A stretch of 62,495 bases of DNA, counting the filler, from Sphacelaria rigidula (taxonomy: Eukaryota): the NCBI GenBank assembly GCA_964200075.2. It is 10 parts of 10 records of this genome, joined end to end, with 100 filler letters (N's around TTAATTAATTAA, not from the genome) between each part and the next. Parts side by side here need not be neighbours in the genome. Positions count along the whole stretch, not along the records: positions 43,819 to 49,977 come from CAXNAA020021865.1; positions 50,078 to 56,236 come from CAXNAA020021866.1; positions 56,337 to 62,495 come from CAXNAA020021867.1; 7 more parts are not named here. One strand, written 5' to 3'. Position numbers and translations under genes: made by a program. This document shows positions 49,891 to 62,495 of the stretch, piece by piece; the stretch's first letter is position 1, and the number at the start of each line of letters is the position of its first letter. Below the pieces are notes generated by a model. The model ran no database searches. It had not been told where the DNA came from and worked only from the letters and a program-made list of their open reading frames with translations.

Positions 49891-52719
49891 TCCTCGGCGG
49901 TCGATGTCGCGGGTGGTTTTTTTTTTTTTTTTGTTTTGTTGGGGGTGGGAGGTCCGTTTGGAGATGCTGGTAGTTTTNNNNNNNNNNNNNNNNNNNNNNN
50001 NNNNNNNNNNNNNNNNNNNNNTTAATTAATTAANNNNNNNNNNNNNNNNNNNNNNNNNNNNNNNNNNNNNNNNNNNNTTCGAGCAACACATGGCCCAAAA
50101 TACCTCCCCCCCACCCCCCTATCGTAGGATGACTCTTCAGCAGTCATGCCAACAATAGCATCAACTGTAGTGTTCAAGGCCACAGCATGCGCGACTGTGA
50201 CAGTCCATGCATCAATGCCTTCGATCTCATGAACCCTAAATTGCAGGACAATGAACCCGCGTGGCGCCGATGGCAAAAACGCATGCGCGACTATCGTCCA
50301 CCAAATCGAAATTTCCGCAAAAATTTGAACCAACGTGGCAACTCAAGCTCTAATCGCGGTCGCCAACACAACAACAATCCCGGAAGCCCTCGCCAGAACG
50401 ACCACAATTCTCGCGACAACAAACGTTCCGCTGATAGACACCACCGGACGGGACCGACACAAACTTCCAATTCCAACACCAGAAACCCTGGTACCTTCAC
50501 TACGGATCGCCTAGATCCATGACGTGCCGACGCCGGCGTTCTCCGGTCTTCCACGCCGTCGATAGCACGAGCGAAGACTTTTTCAACACAGCCCGTGGAG
50601 TCCGTGTCAAAAACTGCTCACTCGACTCTCCCGGAACTATCCAGGAGCGTAACTGACGGCCGTTCATATCGACCCCCGTCTCGAACCTCTACACAATTTT
50701 CAACACCGCCTGCCGAGCCCGCGACTAAGGGAGTCGGCCCGGCTCTCCCGGCACTATGCAGGAGTGCAGCTGACGGCCGTTCAAATCAACCCCCGTCTTC
50801 GTCCCTCCACACACCGCGTAACAGTTGTGTCACCCCGCGACTCAGACCTACACCCGGCACTGAACTTGGTCCTTCAGTACCGAATATATGTCTGAGGTGT
50901 GGGAAGACCAACCGCCAGTCCCTGAGGCAACGGCTTCCCTCAGCGTCCGCACGTACAGGTAGCACCAAGCCCTTTTCAGCTGACCCAAGTGTTGCTGATT
51001 TGAACCTGACCACATTGGATCATGTAATTCCCAATCAGTTCAATCGGGCTTCTTCCCCGCGATTTTCAAGACGCACGGACCTACCTTCGGCCCGTTTTAC
51101 TAACGACCGTCCCAACATATCTTCGGCTATTCCCCAACAGCCAAGCTTGCCTACGGAAAGCAGCCCACAAGTTTCGCTCCGTCATGCCCCCATGCTGACC
51201 CCATCCACGCAACTGGACGCAGTTGTGGTTTTATCCCCAAATGTTTTGGAAGTTCCCCGACCTTTGTCACGGCGAAAGAGAAAGCCCCGTAAGCATGCCG
51301 CCAAGGACGCGCGCGCATCATGACGTACACCTCTTTCGAACGGAAATCCTCGACCTCAATCTCTCCAAAATGCGAAGACTTTGAGCTCGACGGCTCTATC
51401 AAGTATCCCGGAAGAAAACGAATCACATGATTCTGACGGCACTACTTCTTCAATCGACGGCTCCAGCCCCGCACATTCTGGATCCCCCTTTGACGGTGAT
51501 CCCTGTCAACCAAAGACGATCATTTACGAAATCGCCGATGACCGTGCCACACCTGGAAATAATATACCGTCCACCCCCTTCTCCGGTGAGACATCTGACC
51601 CACCGGTGGATCATCCGCCGTGCGTTTTTGCTGTCAGCCCCACTGATTCTGACCAGTTTACCTTGCCGGAACACGGGCCGGATCTTGTCGGCGGAAAAGT
51701 GTCTGTAGATCCGGCCACTTGCACTACTCGCGTTGCGATCCATGCCGGTCCGAACGTTATCACGCATACGAAATGCGTATCCTTCTTGGACAGCGGCATT
51801 TATTCGAGAATCAACATGGGAACACATGAAACAGACTGGCGCTGCTTGTGAAACCACCACCAAACCTCGAGTGTGGGGGTGGTTTTGGTGATTCTGCCGC
51901 ACCGCTGACGACACGTAAATCCGCACACCTCAGTGTGCAATTCTTTCACAACACGATTCGATCTGCCAGCCTGACAGTCTGGGCATACTTTGTCCCCGAC
52001 AGCACAATGCATCACGCCATATTATTGGGCAGATATAGCTATATACGGTTTAATAAATGAACCTAATGCACGCTGCCACCACTAACGCCACATTCCACGC
52101 CGCGTGGAGAATTCAACCGCGAGCACTTTGGTACTCTCCACGGCGGCCTGGCTTATCACAAAAATCCTCAAGCAACCGGAGCTGCGTACCACCCACGATA
52201 TAACGGTAGTGTGGGTATTACACTCTCCGACGACCCCCAACTTCTTGAAGTTGCACTAGTTCGCCGAAATGGCATGCCAGCACTCAAGGGCCATTATCTT
52301 GTCGAAATGCTACCCCGTATTGGCGCACCAGCCGACACAGAACATTTTGTGTCGGCGAGATAACACCTCCCTCTTACGGGCCATGCTATCTTGGAACCCG
52401 GCGATGTTTTAGGAATCACCGCTGCTCCCCTGATGCACACCCCACTCGAGACGTGCGTCACAGAGCCTGCCGCGCCAAACACCTCATCTCCGGCGGAGTC
52501 AGTTCATTGTGTCGATGAACCCTATTTCGATCTCGCCTCTGCGACTCCACCCCATGTCCACACCGTGGATCCTGTCCAGTCAAATTCCGATCCTCCTCCT
52601 GAAGTGCTTCAACGCTTATCACCAAATTCTCGGAATAGTTTCTTGCACATGTGGAACCAACTGCCGCCACACATGCGCGACATCAATTTTGGCCTTCATG
52701 GGCCCGGCTGGGAGCCGGC

Positions 52720-54171
52720 CGTCATCTAAGAACTCAGTGATGCCCTGCTACAGTACCAAGATCGATATCCCCGATCCAAGACGGATCTTGGGCATTGCAA
52801 AACACTGCCCTTTGAGGTTACCCTTTAGCCTGGTGTCTCGACGATTTCTTCTCGGCCATATCGTACCAACCCAATCCTTACCAAGAAAGTTAACGCCATC
52901 TTGGATGCGTATTTGGGAGCGGGACTAATACAACATTCCTCCTCTCCTTGGGCCTCGTCACTTGTGGTCGTCCCCCCAAAAGGATGAAAACATACGCATA
53001 ACCGTGAATTATCAACGGTTGAACCACATCACTGTAGTCGGTAAACTTCCAATTCCCCGCATTGATGAAGTCTCCGACTCCTTGGGCGAAGGGAAAATAT
53101 TCAGCACCTTCGACCTCGCTTCTGGATTTTTTCAGAATGCTTTACACCCTGACACAGTCCCACTGACGGCTTTTTGTACCTCGTCCGGACTTTATGAGTG
53201 GCTTCGAATGGCACAAGGCGCCGCCACTGCCCCGGGATGCTTTCAACGCTTAGTGCAACGCGTCACCGAGGGCCTCGAGCACATCACCATGTACTTAGAT
53301 GACGCTCTCGCTTTCAATGCCTCACCTATTGCCTATTGCACATATACGCACCCTACGAGGATTTCTCTCTCGCCTACGCACGCACGATTTGAAACTGTCT
53401 CCATCCAAAGCTCACCTTGGCGCGACTGACTTGGATTTCTTGGGGCATTCCATTTCGCCAGCAGGCGTGCATCCGGATACAAACAAAATCAAGGCGATGA
53501 CTGATTTTCCGATGCCAACTAACATTTCTCAACTTCGCTCATTGTTGGGTGGACTATCCTACTACCGCATATTTTTGCCGAAGTTATCGAAACGGATTCG
53601 CGCTCTTACTGAGCTACTCAAGAAAGGAGCCGTGTTTTCTTTCACCACAAAAATGGAGGGTATCACCCGCGAATTACTCAAGACACTTACCGAAAAGCCC
53701 GTACTTTGCTTTCCTGATTGGGAGGCAGTACAAGGTGGCTCCCGCCTTTTCCAACTCCATAATGATGCCAGCACAAATGGATTTGGCGGAGTTTTGAACC
53801 AACCTCAGGTTGATGGCTCTGTCCGACCCATCCTTTATATCAGCCGCGCTACCCTGCCCAATGAGGCCAATTGGAGCCCGCTAGAACTGGAAGGCGGAGT
53901 AATCACTTGTGCCATTAAGCACCTTCGACAGTATCTGTTTCACGTGCCCTTCGAGATATATACGGATTACGGAGCATTTGAACAACTCGCCAAGGTTGGT
54001 GAACACAACCCTCGTGTACAACGATGGTTGGAGTTTCTAACAGCATACCAGTATACCATTAAGCATCGTCCCGGCAAAACCAACGGGAACGCGGATCTTC
54101 TTTCCCGCCTACCTCTGCCGCCTACGGCCGCAGATTCCAGCCCGGCTTGCCCTTTAACGGAACCCGATTAA
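52720..54171 (+). pseudogene. pol: Gypsy reverse transcriptase-RNase H
   Basis: SPW..LVVV, RITVNYQRLN, LPIPRID, FDLASGFFQ, YLDD, FLGHSIS, LRSLLGGLSYYR, DASTNGFG, ELE, RVQRW, NADLLSR. Confidence 0.93.
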
Positions 54172-55059
54172 CCCGGAATTCACGCGATCAGACGTTTTTC
54201 AACGCCCGTTTACGCCCTCGACCTCCAGTGCCCGAAAACTGGTATGCATATGGCAGGACCTCGCCCTCTACCATATGACGCCGTCTTGGGTGGGTTAAAG
54301 CCCACTACCTCCGATTTTGTCGATTTTCGCACTTTCGGTACTCGTGCGAAGCTCTTCGCGGAGACACCTCCAGTCACCCACCTTATCTCCGACAACACGC
54401 GCTCCCGGTCTGCCGCCCGCACCACACCGAGTGCCCCGCCGCCACCAACAACACCTTCAACCTCTATGAGCCACCCAGCACAAGTTCCACGGTCCAACAC
54501 ACAAAGCTCCGCGAAACATTCTGCACCGTGCGCCACGCGCCGCGAACAATCTTCGCCGTGCACTGATACAACCTCGCCGCCAATAACGGCGCCGCAAACA
54601 TCTCCTACCTCCGAGCACGGAACTGACGACTCGTCTCCTGCTCCCGGGACAAATATTGACGTCGGCATTTCTGCCCCATCGCCTATTCCCCCGCCGCCTG
54701 CCCTACCATGTTTGGTCGGCTCGCCAGCGGAAGGTCAACTACGCGAGTTTTTCGCCAGCTACTACCACCGCGATTGGGCTCGCGAACGGAACGCAGAACC
54801 GCTATGTCGCGCAGCCATCCGGTACTTACAACTTGACTGTCCAGTCCCTTTTCCGTCAACACTTCTGGCCCCGGTTGGAACACTGCCACCACCAGTTATT
54901 TCTGACGTATACGAGCTCGTGCGTAAAGGCACCCTCTTTACTACGGATGAAGGCGTGCAACTACTCGTACGTCGGCCCACGCCCTTGACAGGCGCAATTG
55001 CCGCCTCAACTACGGAACGCACCGCACGACTACTCAATGACGAACCAACGCGCATATAT

Positions 55060-56164
55060 GTGCCATTATTGATGCGTCCCTGGGTCATGAAAGGCTGCCA
55101 CACAGACTTGTCATGTCACCTTGGCGTCACCCGCCCCCTCGCGCTCTTGGAACGCTGATACTGGTGGGTTGGCATGGAAATTTCAACCCGCTTCTGGATT
55201 CGGCGATGCTTTAATAGCCAAGCCCGCAAAACTTCACGACAGACAGTACGCTGGCCCGTGATCTCTGTGGGACTCCCCGACGAGCCCGGCCACCTTTATC
55301 CTTTGACTACTTCGGCCCTCGCCCCACCACAGGTCGCGGCAACACCTACATCTTACTCTTCACTGACCGCTTTAGCCGCCACGCGTCCATGTACGCGGTA
55401 AGCGCCGCAGATTTCACTGCCGCCGGAACGGCCGACACACTGGACCATGATTACATTAACCACTTCGGCGGCCCGAAGCGACTTCTTTCAAACAATGGTC
55501 AGCAATTTTGTTCAGACCTCTCTGATGAGCTTTACAAGCTCCTGGGCATCCGTAAAATTGCAACGAGCGCCTACCACCCGAACGGTAACGTTGATACCGA
55601 AAGAGTCAAGCACACCATGACCCAGATGCTCTCTATGGTTGTCAATGACCGCAAAAGTGACTGGGACCTATATCTCTCGCACATCATGTTGTCCTACAAC
55701 TACTCGGTTAACGCCGCCACAGGCCTTTCTCCGAACGAACTCCATCTTGGACGTTACCCTCGGCTGCCTACCACCGCGTTTGAGCGACACACGTTCGACG
55801 GCCACCAAAGATTGGATCAGGATCAGCTATCCTACCACAAGCTAGCGCACGCGTGACAACGCAAAGCATTCACCCTCGTGCGCGAACAACATGCTATCAA
55901 TGCCTTGCGCCTAGAGAGATCTAACACTGCTCTCTACAACCTCATGCACAAACGCCCTAACTGGAAACTTGATTGGGTTTGGATCTACAACAGCTTGTCG
56001 ACCATCCGCCAAGGCACCAGCAAGGCAGCCAACGAAAACATTTTGAAGACAAAATTGTCCCTCAATTGGACAGGACCATTCAAGATCCTGACAGTCGGAC
56101 CATCGTCATCATCACCGGATGAAAACCCCATTGGTGACAAACTGCTCTATCTCGACTTGCCTCG
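55060..56164 (+). pseudogene. Gypsy integrase
   Basis: H..SCHLG..YWW..C zinc-finger remnant, DYFG-like, TDRFS, LLSNNGQQF, SAYHPNGN..ERV, W.GPFKIL. Confidence 0.9.
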
Positions 56165-56236
56165 GAGTGATGCTACGGTAGGGGTACAGAAATAATTTCT
56201 GAGATTAGAATTGTGAGGAGCCCTTTATCTCATCCA
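56165..56236. mobile_element. Sola-like MITE end inserted in the Gypsy integrase
   Basis: GAGTGATGCTACGGTAGGGGTAC is the rc of 31330-31403. Confidence 0.8.
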
Positions 56237-56336
56237 NNNNNNNNNNNNNNNNNNNNNNNNNNNNNNNNNNNNNNNNNNNNTTAATTAATTAANNNNNNNN
56301 NNNNNNNNNNNNNNNNNNNNNNNNNNNNNNNNNNNN

Positions 56337-58690
56337 CGTCTGTCCTGTTGTCTAGCTAGGGCTCCTGCGAACAGCAGTCGCCGTTGCCGAACGATGGCTT
56401 CAGCACTCTCGCAGCCGATCTTCTTGAGGGCCTGGGCGTACGATAACTGCCGGTATGTGCCGCGCACCCGGTGGTACCTGATAACCCACAACCGAAGCCG
56501 GAGGTGTACCGTCCTCAGTAACCGATAGTCATGTATCCGTACAGTAGAGCCTCCATCGCCTCTGCCTTCAGTAGGCGGACCTTGATTCCCCACGGTGCTT
56601 TCGGTCGGTCAAAGAGTTCTCGGGAAAATCTTCTGATGCATGCCCACGCGGCTCTGCTCCGGTTGTTGATCTCTTGTGTGAGCTTGCCATCTTCGGTGAC
56701 TAGCCCGCCCAAGTATCGGAACTGCGTGGTTTGTGCGTATATCTGGCCCGCTGCTTCGATGACTAGTGGGGGTGGGGGTGTGGGTGGGGGTGGGGGTGGT
56801 GGCTCCCCTTTCTCTGGTGGTTTCGCGGGTACGCGCATCAGAAGCGTCTCTGTCTTCTTTTCCGAGACCGTCAGTTCGAAGGCCCCGAACACCTGCACTA
56901 TAACACTCATCATTCTCGCCAGACCGTTGGGTGACCTCGATACGACGGCCGCGTTATCGGCGTGAAGCATTCCTCATACCACCCGCCGTGCGCGTTCTAG
57001 AGGTGTCTCCGTCTCCCTCACCGTTTCCTCGTCGAGGTATACCATGTCCTCAAGGATTATGTCGTCCTCGCTGAATCACACGAGAACTACCTCGAGCGCC
57101 GCAGCGAAAAAGATATTGAACAACAGCGGGGACAGCACACAGCCTTGCCGTAGGCCTTGGGTGACTTCGAACCACTCCGAGAGTTCCCTATTGTCCATGC
57201 GTACGCGGGCCTTCATGCCATCGTGGAATTGGTGGAGCACTGCTATCATCTCATCCGGAACCCCAGCTTGGGCAAGCAGCTGCCATAGGAGCTCTCTGTT
57301 TACCGAATCGTAGGCCTTTTGGAGATCGACGAAGCACATGTACAGAGGTATTCTCCGTCGTCGTCCCAGCTCTTGGAGTCGGCGCACTACGAACAGCATG
57401 TCGATGGTGGATCGATCTGGTCTGAACCCGCACTGTTCCTCCGGCAGTATCCCGTGTGCTTCGCAATATTCTCTGAGGCGGTTGGCCACTATCTTCAGGA
57501 GCACTTTCCCTGCGTGCGATACTAGCGAGATTCCTCGATATTTGTTGCAGTTGGAGTTGTCGGATTTCTTGTAGAGCACTTTGATCGTGGCGTCCTTCCA
57601 CTCCTGCGGGACCTCACCTCCGTTCCACACCTTGACGAGAATGGCATGGAATCGTTCGATAACGATGGGCTCGACTCGACCGTCGATCTTGAGCAGTTCT
57701 ATCGGAAGGGAGTCGTGTCCCGGCGATTTCCAATTCTGCATCCCTCTAAGTGCTCGTATGGTCTCCAGCGTTGGTGCTGATCCAAGCGGTATCGAACCTC
57801 CGGTGGGTAGTGCTGTCGGTCGCTGCTGCACTTCCATCGATGATGGTTGGGTCCAGATTTGGCGATTTGGTGTTCAGCAGGGTTCGGAAAAACATCGCCC
57901 ATCGCTTCAGGATCTCGATGGGGTTCCTCAGTAGGACTCCGTTCTCGTCTTTTTTAAACTGCTGCCCCCCTGTCTGTCTTCCGTCGAGACCTACCGGGCC
58001 CTTGAGGTGTTTGTAGAGGCCTCGCCACGTACCTTTCCAGGTGTGCATGGACGCCTTCGCCTATCGCAGTACGTACGCCTTTGCACGCGGCTCTGAGTGC
58101 TTTCCACGTTGTTGGGGTCTGGTTATCCTTCAACAGGCGCCGTGCCTCCCGTCGGCGGGCAAGCGCTGCCTCCATTGATGCTCTCGTCTCGGGGTTTTCG
58201 CACCATTCCGACATACGTGGTATTCGTGTTTCTGCCGGGAGTACGGTTTGTGATGCCTCGAGGATAGCTCCGGTGAACTCCCTCGCGGCCTCCGGTGTGG
58301 AGGGGGGAGGCTGGTATGCTCGCTCTCCCAGGTTGTGTGAACCTTTGGACCACATGTTACCGGGTAGTTTCGACGTGCAGCTGCTGCCTACTGAAACGCC
58401 GCTGTTTCGGTTGAGTTCGCATGGGGCGGTTGTGGGCGAAGCGGCCAACGAGATCAACAGTGGCTACCACCATATTGTGGTCAGAGTCCGCTTTGGCCGG
58501 GGGTGCGGGTAGGGGGTGTATGATTAAATTGCGCACTCTACCTCGGTGTGCCTGCCCAGTAAGTATGTAGTCTGTGCGCTTGAAGTCACTGGCACGGTTC
58601 CCTGCGACACCGTTGTACGTGTGTGGTATTCCACCTTTGCGCGTGCTGAAGAAGGTGTTCGTGACGGCTAGTCTGTTGTCGGCTGCAAAG
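56337..58690 (-). mobile_element. RTE-clade LINE ORF (AP endonuclease C-term + RT), degenerate
   Basis: AVTNTFF, DYILT, SDHNMV (endonuclease); [52 protein letters not shown] (YADD position), FRYLGG. Confidence 0.93.
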
Positions 58691-58891
58691 GTAAATAGTG
58701 AAGACTGAACCGCGCCACTCATGTTGTACAGTTGCGTGTAACCCTGAACGTACTCCTTTATTTCTGTGCTGTGTGGATCTGCTGTAGCCGTGTGTGTCGA
58801 CTTGAGTTGGTCCATCATTTGCTCCCGCACGCCTCAGGCACAAAGATCGCGTTACACGACGAAACCGCCTCTTTTTTCAGTACGTACAGCT

Positions 58892-59225
58892 CGGCTGGTC
58901 GCCCCGATGGCTCAGTTGGTAACCTCGGTGCAGTCACACGATCTGGGATGTTTTCTCACACCATGCCCAACAGTGGAGAGCGATCATGTCATGTGCACAC
59001 AAATATTCGACTTCACAGTCGACGAGGGAACGGGACCGCTGAACCCCTCTCGCGATAAAAGATTAGGCAAGCACCACAGAAGAAAGGTGGAATATTAGAA
59101 CAAAAATTAAAAAAAAAAGCTCTTGTTTTGGCCTCCTTCCTGTGTGATCCCGGCTGATGCGCTCACATATACCGAAAGGTGTGGACTGGCGTTCAGAATA
59201 AATCAGATGACAACGCACACACAGC
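58892..59225 (+). mobile_element. SINE family C copy (B box deleted)
   Basis: A box TGGCTCAGTTGG joined directly to CTCGGTGCAGTCAC; body homologous to 15570-15870. Confidence 0.75.
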
Positions 59226-59634
59226 TTATCAACCCTTCTTTGATGGTGTGCAACCCTATCCTGGGCAAAAATGCTTGTCGGTTGGCTTGAAAAACGCTTG
59301 AAGAGGACTCAACCCCGGGATATGTCAGCGTTGTGGAGGTGGAGGTGTAGCGTTTGAATAGGGAGGGGTGTCACAAAAACCCTTGGACATCGAGCGTCGC
59401 CTCGGGACATTTTCATAGGCCGACACCCCGGAGGTTTCCGCTAAGCGAAGGCACAGCAGCATGCAGCAGACTGTGTTCCGTGAGAGCGATGGCACACGAA
59501 TGTATATTGCCGTGATATCCGGCGAAGACATACAGCACGCATTCTGACTCTGTACTTACGTAACCACTACGAAAGAAGGAAGTAAGCGTAATTATTCGGG
59601 ATGCTAAACGGAGGGGGGGGGGGGGGGAGGGGGC

Positions 59635-61647
59635 GTACTTGCTTGTTGCTTGCCTTAGCCGTTTGACCATTGACCACGCATTTCTTTCGAGACAGAGCAC
59701 CGCTCCTACACCCAATATAACCACTTTCAACATTCCGGCACTCACTACGTTTCTCCCATACATTACACAAATCCTTTTACATATCTTATCCCCGTCCTGT
59801 TTCGCCGTCTGTGGCCACCATCCATCTCCTAGTATAGCCATCGTTTTCTCCCTACTGTCTAATGCATCAAACGATTTCATGCCACCTTCATTCACGTCCC
59901 GCATTCCCCCCCCCTGCACGTCCCGTTCCTCCTCGTAAAGTATAGTTCACATTCTGCCACTTGATGACTTCTGCTCTCTATTGCTTTTCCACAGGGGCGG
60001 TTCTAAGCATCTGCTTCCTCCTCCACACGACTACTGGTATATCTCCTTCATCTTTCTGGCAGGTCCAGGTCCCCCACCCGAAATCGCAGTTTCAATGTTT
60101 TCGCCGCGTCCATCGGGCCATGTAGATGTGTTTTCATCCCGATCCCCTCGCTCAACCCCCCGTATATCTTCAGGTGTTCTTCCTCGTCTACTTTGCGTCT
60201 CAGCGCTCTTTTTCCCTTTATTTCTGTCATGTCCCTTATTGTTGTCTTGTACCCCGCGCCTTCACCTATGGACAGTATTTCGTCTTGGTTTCCTTTTATC
60301 TCCTTCCATACTCTCTCGAGTTCTCTATCCCACCGTATGCCAGCCTGCCCCTTCGTATTTTTCTTCCATACAGCCCTATCAACGATAGCTGGCAATCTCT
60401 TCCTCTGCATGTTCTTTACGCTATATTGTCAACTCAATTTCCTCATGTCTCTGTTGATTTGAAGTGAATACATCCCAACTCTGCTCTCAATTCTGTATTA
60501 CTCGTTGTTCTCGAGCATCCCCAAGTATCTTCTTAGCTGCTGCCATCTGTATAGTTTCCAACGTTTTCGCCAATTTCGCGTTCCCCTTCCATACTTCTCC
60601 TGCATATTCCAGCTTTGGTACGATCACGTTCGTCAGGGTACATATCTTGATCCTAGTGTCTAGATGCGAGTCTCTGAGGACCACGTCCATCCTTTCCATC
60701 TGTGCCTTACCATTTTCTATTACTTTGTTCATGTGTGCATCCCAACTACAGTTTCTTGAGATTTCTACACCACGGTATGTAAACTGGTCTGCGATCGGCA
60801 CTTCCTCTTCTTCCCACTTCCATTTAAACTTTACCGGATGTTTCTCATCTTCGTTACATACGAGTACCGCGCATGTGTTGACGTTCGCTGTTACTCTCCA
60901 TTTCCTAGTGTATTCCGAAGCCATTTCTATTTGTTTTTGTAATCCTTCTGGTGTTCCTAGAATCCCCACAAAATCATCTGCGAACATCAATTCTGATAAC
61001 GCATTTTCACCCACCTTGACTCCTTGAGTTTCTGCTTCTATCACGAATATCAGATCATCAATAAACACCTTAGAAGAAGGTGGGTGATAACGTACATCCT
61101 TGTGCAACTAACTCCTTGTAATGTATCAAAACACTTCGATATTTCCTCGTCTAGCATCATAGCACTTTTGGCACATTGTGTCATATTCTTTATCCTTCTC
61201 CACATCTCCGCTCTGATTCCAGTTTCCCACAACTTTTTCCACAGCTCATTTCTCCATACTGTGTCAAAAGCCTTTTGCACGTCCAGAAAGAAACAGTACA
61301 CCGTCAGCCCGGTGTCTTTGCTACCTCGAATAATCCCACCTAGTGTGTACACACGGTCTACGCGAGTACGGTTTGGCCTGAAACCTGCTTGTCCCTCGCT
61401 GATTTTCTCGTCCTTTTCTAGCACCGTTCCTACTCCATCATTCAGAATCTTCCAGATGTTTTCCCTGCCGTGCTCAGTGGCGGTATCCCTCTGTAGTTCC
61501 CTGGATCAGCCTTGTCTCCTTTTTTGAAGAGGTTGACAACTACTCCTTCTCTCCACCTCTAGGGTGTCTACTCATTTTTCCATATCCAGTTGTACAGAAT
61601 ATTGAATGAATTTCTGAAGTACGGAGGGGAAAGGACTGATTACCATG
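59635..61647 (-). mobile_element. RTEX-like LINE, 5'-truncated, with short 5' inversion
   Basis: WREGVVVNLFKKGD..NYRGI, GQAGFRPNR, FLDVQKAFDTV, MFADD, LKLRFRVGDLDLPER, a C-terminal PCG..ES.SH..AEC.LY knuckle, and a 3' tail ending AGTACG + poly(C). Confidence 0.88.
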
Positions 61648-61722
61648 CGTACTCTTCAACTTTGCATCCTACCATCGCCCCCTCTTTCTCCCATGACTCT
61701 TGAATTCTTGCTATATCCCGGG

Positions 61723-62424
61723 TTAGCCCCCGAAAAGTGTCCGGACTGTTCGACGACACTCACCGACCATATGCCACTCGTGACGGAGGATCCTGAGAAA
61801 TGGGGTTGAACATTAAAATAACGTTCAACTTCAGAACAGAGCTGACCTAAAGTAGTGACATAACACTTTCAGATATGGACGGGCTCATCCCGCCCAATCT
61901 TCCTGACAATATTTTGGGGGGTTTCCAGCCTTTCGTTCCCGCAGAGGGTATGACTATGTGCGAAGAAGCATTTTTGTTTGGATTTTGGGGTGAAAAAGGG
62001 AACGCTTTTCAGCCCGATGATGATTTTTCGCACATAGTCATACCCTATGGGGAAACGGAAGCCTGAAAACCCCCCAAAATAGTTTCAGGGAGATCGGGGG
62101 GGGGGGGGGGGAGGGTGAGGTCCCCCAAATAAAAGTAAAAAACAATTAGTTCAAGACGGGAACAATTTTCCCAACAGTGAAANNNNNNNNNNAAGTTACT
62201 ACCTTAGGGGAAAAGGAAGCCCGAGAACCCCCCAAAATAGGTTTGGGGGGGGGGGGGGGGGGGGGGGGGGGAAGGGTTAGGTCGCCCATATGAAAGTCAT
62301 ATGTCATTAGTTCAAGTCGGGAATCATTGTTCCGAAGTTGAACAATATGTTGATGTTCAACCCCATTTCTCAGGACCCTCCGTGAAGAGTGGTCTACGGA
62401 CGGTGGACACTTTCCGAGGGCTAA
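61723..62424. mobile_element. MITE with ~100-bp imperfect TIRs and internal duplication (piggyBac-like ends)
   Basis: TTAGCCC.CG.AAAGTGTCC ... GGACACTTTCCGAGGGCTAA; inner TIR GAGAAATGGGGTTGAACA. A related fragment lies at 24650-24900 (rc). Confidence 0.75.
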
Positions 62425-62495
62425 GAGCTTCCCCCGTGCCCCCTCGCCCCCCCCCCCCCCATCACCCCCCCTCCAGCCCCCCTTCCCCTTCCGGT

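Larger units (their letters stand above)
50078..56164 (+). mobile_element. Ty3/Gypsy LTR retrotransposon internal region, degenerate (LTRs outside the scaffold)
   Basis: Domain order PR (FLDSG ~51785), RT, RNase H, integrase, with many stops and frameshifts. Confidence 0.95.

Noticed and set aside
61621..61629. ACGGAGGGG as TSD of the RTEX LINE (matching 59608-59616)
   Set aside because: It lies within the inverted LINE coding segment (KYGGE), so the match is probably coincidental.

Overview
This is eukaryotic, repeat-rich DNA, and it is not one locus. It consists of ten unlinked scaffolds of 6160/6159 bp, sorted by size and joined by artificial 100-bp N-TTAATTAATTAA-N linkers (scaffolds start at 1, 6261, 12521, 18781, 25041, 31301, 37560, 43819, 50078 and 56337). 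The intron-rich gene structure, poly-G/C runs, TTAGGG repeats and TE content suggest a brown alga (Phaeophyceae); this is an inference. The window holds a decayed Ty3/Gypsy gag-pol, a decayed RTE-type LINE, two copies of an RTEX-like LINE, two tRNA-headed SINE families plus a chimera of them, and many MITE/foldback families (hAT-, Tc1/mariner-, PIF-, piggyBac-, Sola- and Ginger-like by TIR/TSD). It also holds an 8-exon phase-consistent fragment of an IQ-motif gene (31422-36128, minus) and one exon resembling a RAI1/DXO-like family. The most interesting signal is a retroposon system built around the RTEX-like LINE. The LINE, a ~70-nt tail-only element found as dimers, and a ~550-bp non-coding family share a 3' tail ending GAGTAC + oligo(C), and the two clear TSDs both start CCCCT. 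There is no CRISPR array, rRNA or bona fide tRNA gene. All calls come from manual reading, so many boundaries are approximate.
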